Source of the DNA: a virus
Lineage: Duplodnaviria > Caudoviricetes
IMG/VR virus record: IMGVR_UViG_3300027900_000002
Span: 1 to 37,208 of that record
Length of the DNA stretch: 37,208 nucleotides
Reading direction: 5' to 3' (one strand)
Part shown: positions 32,064-37,208 of the stretch, piece by piece
Position numbering within the stretch: the stretch's first letter is position 1
Layout of the letters: every line of letters starts with the position of its first letter
Program-made: the position numbers and the translations under genes
Notes under the pieces: generated by a model
What the model saw: the letters and a program-made list of their open reading frames with translations, nothing else
Databases searched by the model: none
Told to the model about the DNA's origin: nothing

Positions 32064-34345
32064 TGCAGTACGGTTTCAACGCCTACCGGATTACCCTCGG
32101 TGTCAAACACAACCCGTTTCGGGGCGCACATGGCCTGAACGGCTTGATCCAGGCGTTGCATGACCATTTGCAGGTCTGGGCCTTCTGGTGTTTCAATTTC
32201 TCCCGGTTCCTCGGTTTCCTGACCTTCTTGGGCGATCTGGGCCTTGATGATCTCGGCAGCGGCTTTGACCAGTTCCGATTGATAGCTCTTGTCGGCTTCG
32301 TAAACTCGTATTTCAGAGTCGGACTCTTCCGGCTGGTTAGCCTGCGCTAACTTTATTTCAGCCGATATGCGGGCTTTCTTCTCTGCAAGTAATTGGCTTT
32401 CGTTCGCAATTTCGGCTTGCAACTTCTCCATCTCAGACTTGAGGGCTTCTAGTTTCTGCTGTTCTGCGGCGGTGTTCTGGCCAGCGTCCTGAATGGACAG
32501 GGCGACCTGTTCCAGTTCCTTTTCTTTCTGGAACAGTGTTTCGGCCTTTTGCATCAAGACCTGCTCGGCCTGCTGCAATTGAGCGGCCTTGGCCTCCATG
32601 CCGTCCTTGTTGTTCTTGTTCTCCAATTCCTGAATCTGTGGCGGGAGCATGGCTTTTAGACGGTCGGCCATCTGATCGGAACCGGGCCAGTCCATGTTTC
32701 GCAGCATGATATCTCCCATGACCTGCATCAACTGAGGCGCTGCTTGGATCATCTGGGTCTGAGCCTCGGCGGCTTCCTGACGCTTGGTGCTGTAGGACGG
32801 GCCGACCGATACGGTTACGTCATATTTCCCGATGGTCGGGTTGTACAGCATCAAAACAGAACCATCCTGCTGTTTGGCCTCCATGCTCGGCCTTTGCATC
32901 TGCGGGTCAAGTATGACGGTTTCTGGTGTGCCGTCCTCCCCCAAGATGCGGATGATCCGCTTGGTGTCGTAAATCTTCGGGATAAGGTCGATCAGGATGC
33001 GTCCTGTATGTCTGATGGAGCGTGCCAAGTTGTCATGGTAGTGGAAACTGCCAACGTCTCCCTCACGCTGACGGGCCAGAATGGCTTTACCTGATTTCTC
33101 GTTACTCGGTGCTCCAACAGAGGCGTTATACATGCCCATTGAGGCTTGTACCCATTGCCTCGATTGCATTGTGATTTCCGCCCATCCCTGAGAGATTCCG
33201 GGCATCGGCTGTCTTTGCGGAGGCGGAACGACCACGCCGTCAACACTGACGGGATGGTAGGTCAATACAGGGATATTCCTGCGGTTGGCCTCGGCCCAAG
33301 TGTTCTCAAAGCCCTCCAGCTGACCGACAGCGGCCACATTGGCCGACTTCGGGGCTAGGGCGACGTTCTCCACCATCGCGGAAATGGCGAAGTTGTGCAT
33401 CCGTTGGGCGTCCATCGCATTATGGACAATGCCAGTAAGACGGCGCTTCCCGTCGATAATCGACTCATTACCGACAACTTCGACAATGGGTACAAACTTA
33501 CCCATCCACTCGGTTTCTTCAAGAACGTCCTTGCCGTTGATCTTCTGCCAGATGATCTTTCTGGTATAGGTCGTTCTCTTGTTCAGGCCTGTCAGGTCAA
33601 CGCCTTCCAGTTCGGACTCTTCGACTACTTCCCCGTCCGGCATCTGGTAGATGGTCTTGGGCGTGTACTCGGCAAAGTAGTAATCCGCGATCCTTACCTT
33701 GTCCTCGGTAATCCATCCTTCGGAGTCTTTCTGGTCGTGTTTCCAGTCAATTTTCTCGGCTTCCGGATAGGCGCGTTCATACTCATCGTGGGTCATCATC
33801 TCCACGACAAAGCCCCACTCTGAGTCGGAACCGTCTGGGCTTTGGTGATTGGGGTCAAGAACAACGGAAAACCTGTTCGGGATGCGCTCTATCGCCAGTT
33901 CCTGGTTGAACGATTCCTCGTCCTCATATCTGGTAATGACGCGCCAGTAGCCGTAACCACCACGCAAGGCGTTCTCGAACCCAGTATCGTAGGCAATATC
34001 TGCGTTACTGTTGTCCTCGATGTTCCGGACAATACCCTGCATCATCTCAGCCGTCTTCTTGTCGGCCCTGTCGTCTACCGGGCGAACCTTCACCGCTGCC
34101 TTGTTCTGGCGCTGGTCGTTCTTGACTTGGTTGATGTACTGGTTTGTCTCGTCCATCGTGAGACAGGGGCGCTTGTCCTCTTCACGCTCTTTCCTCAGGG
34201 CTTCCGGCCACTGTTCCAGTCCAGCACTGAACTTGTCGGCTTCCTCGGCACGCTCGCGGTTCTCTTCCATGGCCTCGGAGGCGAGGCGGAAGCGTTTGCG
34301 GGCCGTGGCGAGTGGATCGGAGGCTTTGTTTTCTGTCTCAGACAT
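32060..34345 (-). CDS. Portal protein (P22-like)
   Basis: RPCLT...DAQRMHN...SGKAILARQREGD...GKYDVTVSVGPSYSTKRQEA and a long C-terminal coiled coil. Confidence 0.93.
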   Translation of the reverse strand: MSETENKASDPLATARKRFRLASEAMEENRERAEEADKFSAGLEQWPEALRKEREEDKRPCLTMDETNQYINQVKNDQRQNKAAVKVRPVDDRADKKTAEMMQGIVRNIEDNSNADIAYDTGFENALRGGYGYWRVITRYEDEESFNQELAIERIPNRFSVVLDPNHQSPDGSDSEWGFVVEMMTHDEYERAYPEAEKIDWKHDQKDSEGWITEDKVRIADYYFAEYTPKTIYQMPDGEVVEESELEGVDLTGLNKRTTYTRKIIWQKINGKDVLEETEWMGKFVPIVEVVGNESIIDGKRRLTGIVHNAMDAQRMHNFAISAMVENVALAPKSANVAAVGQLEGFENTWAEANRRNIPVLTYHPVSVDGVVVPPPQRQPMPGISQGWAEITMQSRQWVQASMGMYNASVGAPSNEKSGKAILARQREGDVGSFHYHDNLARSIRHTGRILIDLIPKIYDTKRIIRILGEDGTPETVILDPQMQRPSMEAKQQDGSVLMLYNPTIGKYDVTVSVGPSYSTKRQEAAEAQTQMIQAAPQLMQVMGDIMLRNMDWPGSDQMADRLKAMLPPQIQELENKNNKDGMEAKAAQLQQAEQVLMQKAETLFQKEKELEQVALSIQDAGQNTAAEQQKLEALKSEMEKLQAEIANESQLLAEKKARISAEIKLAQANQPEESDSEIRVYEADKSYQSELVKAAAEIIKAQIAQEGQETEEPGEIETPEGPDLQMVMQRLDQAVQAMCAPKRVVFDTEGNPVGVETVLQ

Positions 34346-35629
34346 TTATGACATCCACCCATTTGATCCGTAGTTGGTGCGTTCCTGTGTCTGTGGTTTC
34401 ACGGGCTTTTTCTCTTCCTCAATGGCCATGGCGAAGTACCGGAACGAATCGGCCCCGTGGTTGTAAATGCTGTCCTCTGGCTTCCTGCTTCTAAGCCCCG
34501 TTTCTTCATCCACCGCGTATTTGTAGCGGTTCAGGCATTGGAGAAGGTCGGCTGTCTTGGTAGCGTCAAAGTAGCACTGGCCAAATACCGTCTTGGCGGC
34601 GTTAATGCCCTCATCGACTGGCCGTCTCGGCAAGACTCTGACTTTCCGACCCAAGCCTTCCATGATCTTTTTGACGGTCTTACCGCCAGCGGCAATGTTG
34701 GTGTTCTTGGCGTCATGCGGGAGCCAGTCCGTACCCCAGACATAGGGCCGTTTCTGTAGCTCGGCAATGTACCAGTTGACCGTGTGTTCTGAATCTTCCA
34801 GGTAGTCAATGACGTTGTAAGCCGATCCGTTGGCTTGGGCCATGGTAATTGCGGTCTTGCCAGTGACAGAGTTCCAGCCCAAGTCCCAGAAGGTGTGAAC
34901 TGGCTTGGTCGGATTGTACGGAACCGCGCCAATACGCTCTTCCAGCTTGGCCTGTCTCAGTTCCTTGGCGTAGATCGCGCCTTCCAGTACAGAGCGGCAG
35001 TGACCTTCCCAGACGTGCAGGAAGGCGTCTGGATCGCGCTCCTTCAGTTCCTCAAGCTCAAGTTTCAGGACTTCCGGGAACCAGGGGTTGTCCTGCCAAT
35101 TGACCTTGACCACGATTGAATCGTGCGGCTGGTGCAGGACGAAACGCTTGTAAGCCTCGTCGTCCTCAAGTTCGGGGTTGAAACTGACCCAGATTTCAGA
35201 CCCTTCCTTGCGGATGGTCGGGATCAGAATCTCCAGAGAGCGTTTAGAAGCGGTTTGCGCTTCCTCGATCCAGGATATGTCCACGCCTTCGTAGGACTTC
35301 AGGCCGCTGGCGTTGTGCCTCAGGCCAGCGTAACCGAAGCTGGTCCCGTTCTTGCCTCGAATCTCTGTGTTCGTGACGGTGTAGTAGTAGCCGAGATTCA
35401 GGCTGTCTATCTGGTCACTGAGAAGCTGGTGGACTGACTCACCGATAGACTTCTGTAGTTCACGGCAACACAGGACGCGAGTCGGAGACTCAACTCCCCT
35501 GATTAGCAAGGCTCGGGCGAAAGACCACGACTTGGCAGAACCTCGGCCACCGTAAGCGACCTTGTAGCGGGCCTTTCGTCCTAACAGGAACTCCAGTTTC
35601 TCGGGAAGCTCAACCGTTAGGCTTGACAT
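34346..35629 (-). CDS. terL: Terminase large subunit (PBSX/Sf6-like)
   Basis: YGGRGSAKS Walker A, WIEEAQ Walker B, SFNP, WDLG...HGADSFRY nuclease. Confidence 0.95.
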   Translation of the reverse strand: MSSLTVELPEKLEFLLGRKARYKVAYGGRGSAKSWSFARALLIRGVESPTRVLCCRELQKSIGESVHQLLSDQIDSLNLGYYYTVTNTEIRGKNGTSFGYAGLRHNASGLKSYEGVDISWIEEAQTASKRSLEILIPTIRKEGSEIWVSFNPELEDDEAYKRFVLHQPHDSIVVKVNWQDNPWFPEVLKLELEELKERDPDAFLHVWEGHCRSVLEGAIYAKELRQAKLEERIGAVPYNPTKPVHTFWDLGWNSVTGKTAITMAQANGSAYNVIDYLEDSEHTVNWYIAELQKRPYVWGTDWLPHDAKNTNIAAGGKTVKKIMEGLGRKVRVLPRRPVDEGINAAKTVFGQCYFDATKTADLLQCLNRYKYAVDEETGLRSRKPEDSIYNHGADSFRYFAMAIEEEKKPVKPQTQERTNYGSNGWMS

Positions 35630-35882
35630 ACTTTACGGTCATGGAGATAGGGATTTCACCTGTTGGAGTGTCTCCACCTACAGTCTGATGTGGTTTACCC
35701 TCTAACCTGTCTCCCAATTCCTTGAGAGCAGCCATGTCGCCTTCCGCTGCCTTAGCTACCAGAACATTAGCTAACTTAGCGAGGCGCGTCTTGTCCTTGA
35801 GACAAGCAAACCGCAGGGCGTCAGACCATATCTTGGCCTTGCCTGCATTGTTGTTGCCTGTTGGTGCTCCGGCTTTAGCCAT
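35610..35882 (-). CDS. terS: Terminase small subunit
   Basis: GAPTGNNNA N-terminus, GDMAALKELGDRLEGKP; overlaps the terL start. Confidence 0.75.
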   Translation of the reverse strand: MAKAGAPTGNNNAGKAKIWSDALRFACLKDKTRLAKLANVLVAKAAEGDMAALKELGDRLEGKPHQTVGGDTPTGEIPISMTVKYVKPNG

Positions 35883-35956
35883 ATTGATTTAATACATAAG
35901 CATTTGATAATGCTTATCTCCTATTTGCGTGTTTGCCCTGAAACCGTCAGGTTCGG

Positions 35957-36145
35957 TCAATCTTCGCGTTTGTCTGTATTCCGAATACAACTTTGTTTGT
36001 ACGTGTCTGACGGTAAAAACTCCCCAGCATCTTCACAGTCCGCTTTCCATCGTTTCCACTGTCCATAAACAAATGTTTTATCACCATCTGCAAATACTTC
36101 CATGCTATTTGCGTAACGGATTGCCGTTTCTTGATTGAAATCCAT
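35957..36145 (-). CDS. Hypothetical protein (62 aa)
   Basis: Co-oriented, closely packed. Confidence 0.5.
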   Translation of the reverse strand: MDFNQETAIRYANSMEVFADGDKTFVYGQWKRWKADCEDAGEFLPSDTYKQSCIRNTDKRED

Positions 36146-36152
36146 GATTACA

Positions 36153-36332
36153 TCACTGACTCAGTATTTTCATGTCCGGGTAGTTCTGCCTTGCCCAGTC
36201 CTCGAACCTGAGTGGTTCGTTACCGTTTGCCTGTTCGTTGGCGGCGTAGTCGGTCCACATTTGGCGCAGTTTGATAGTATTGGGGGCGCGTCCTTGGGCC
36301 TGGTTCATGGCATTTTGCAGGTAGTTTTTCAT
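36153..36332 (-). CDS. 59-aa hypothetical protein (not in track)
   Basis: GAGGA SD, TAATG overlap; MKNYLQNAMNQAQGRAPNTIKLRQMWTDY...KILSQ*. Confidence 0.55.
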   Translation of the reverse strand: MKNYLQNAMNQAQGRAPNTIKLRQMWTDYAANEQANGNEPLRFEDWARQNYPDMKILSQ

Positions 36333-37208
36333 TATTCCTCAAGTTCCCACATGACTGTGCTCGTATCCAGGGCCTGCCCAACAACAGTAAACGACGTGTT
36401 ATTTGTAATCGTTCCGATGCCGAAGTGTCCCATTGTGCCGGCCGCTACCTGACGAGACAACTTGATGCGGGAGGCCGTATGCACTTTGTTTGTTGTTACC
36501 GTTACTGGGGTCGCCCCATTCAACGTGACAACACCGCGAATGGTGGAAGTTAGTGTTCCAGTAACTGGCCCATCTAAATAATTTCCTTTCTCAACATTCA
36601 CGGTACCAGATACGTTGTTAATTGAATTAGTTGCGCCTTTCAGACGAGAACCGTGGATGTTGATTGTTGCTCCGTTGTTATATATGGCTGTTGCGGCGGT
36701 TCCAGTTGCCTCAAGATCACTACCAAATATATTCACAGTCGCCGCCGCAGACGTTTCGAGACAGTAAGAATTGCCGTTCACGTTTGTATTCTGCGAACGG
36801 GCGCGATGCGCATGCAGGTTTATCGTGGCGGCAACCGTCACGTTGATAGACCCGACGTTGCCTACCAGCGGGTCGATATTCAAATCCTCTGGCATGTAGG
36901 TGGAGGTGTTGAAAAAATCGTAGGTTGCTAGTCCATCGATAAGCAGCGCATTCGGGTACAGGATGAGGTTCGCCACGTTTGTATCCGCATCGCGGATGGT
37001 GCGAATCTCTGTGCCATTTTTGAACACGACGCGTGTGTTCGCTACGCTCGGCGTGATGCGCGTTGCATTGATTTGAAAAGAGGGAAGCTTTGCGCTCTCT
37101 ATAATGCAGTTATCATAGATGACGGTACTGCCGGCGATACCGGGTATGCGTAGACTTCCGCCTTGGTGATTCTGGCCCGGATTCGCGCACTTGATTCTTA
37201 ACCCCTTG
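36332..37208 (-). CDS. 3' part of the junction-spanning tailspike-like protein
   Basis: Frame is open from 37208 to the stop at 36332; repeating short beta strands (ATVNIFGSDL, ATINIHGSRL). Confidence 0.8.
   Translation of the reverse strand, partial: KGLRIKCANPGQNHQGGSLRIPGIAGSTVIYDNCIIESAKLPSFQINATRITPSVANTRVVFKNGTEIRTIRDADTNVANLILYPNALLIDGLATYDFFNTSTYMPEDLNIDPLVGNVGSINVTVAATINLHAHRARSQNTNVNGNSYCLETSAAATVNIFGSDLEATGTAATAIYNNGATINIHGSRLKGATNSINNVSGTVNVEKGNYLDGPVTGTLTSTIRGVVTLNGATPVTVTTNKVHTASRIKLSRQVAAGTMGHFGIGTITNNTSFTVVGQALDTSTVMWELEE
37110..37208. repeat. Terminal direct repeat, copy 2
   Basis: Identical to 1-99. Confidence 0.97.

Noticed and set aside
29983-35437. Long plus-strand ORFs opposite coat, portal and terminase (also 4673..5422, 17877..18665)
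   Set aside because: Antisense shadows of well-supported genes, with no SD or motifs.

Overview
The window is an apparently complete, circularly assembled dsDNA phage genome of about 37,109 bp: bases 1-99 are repeated exactly at 37110-37208. The virion module is P22-like podoviral: terS, terL, portal, scaffold, coat, gp10-like stabilisation protein, three ejection-type proteins and a tail fibre. A 510-aa tailspike-like ORF is split across the contig junction and was missed by the ORF track. The layout is lambdoid: a divergent control region near 10.03-10.14 kb, a cro-like HTH gene, O/P-like replication genes, a nin-like region (DNA methyltransferase, NinG), a Q-like gene and a pR'/tR'-like late promoter and terminator. 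The rightward early arm carries a pentapeptide-repeat protein, Bet/RecT and many small ORFs. I find no integrase, CI-like repressor or partition genes. The most unusual feature sits where cI would normally be: about 640 nt of apparently non-coding, highly base-paired sequence. It contains two tandem copies of a conserved RNA-like scaffold with variable inserts, one insert being a degenerate tRNA cloverleaf. Just downstream is a CCA-ending tRNA-like element whose anticodon arm is replaced by a 99-nt branched domain. Other notable items are an ART-PolyVal-type ADP-ribosyltransferase-like gene and a GroES gene inside the head operon, a signal-peptide HNH nuclease and a membrane-anchored beta-signal protein in the lysis cassette, an inverted moron, six HNH-domain genes besides NinG and several translationally coupled micro-ORFs. 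All family calls are by-eye motif recognition and all RNA structures are hand-folded; no searches were run.
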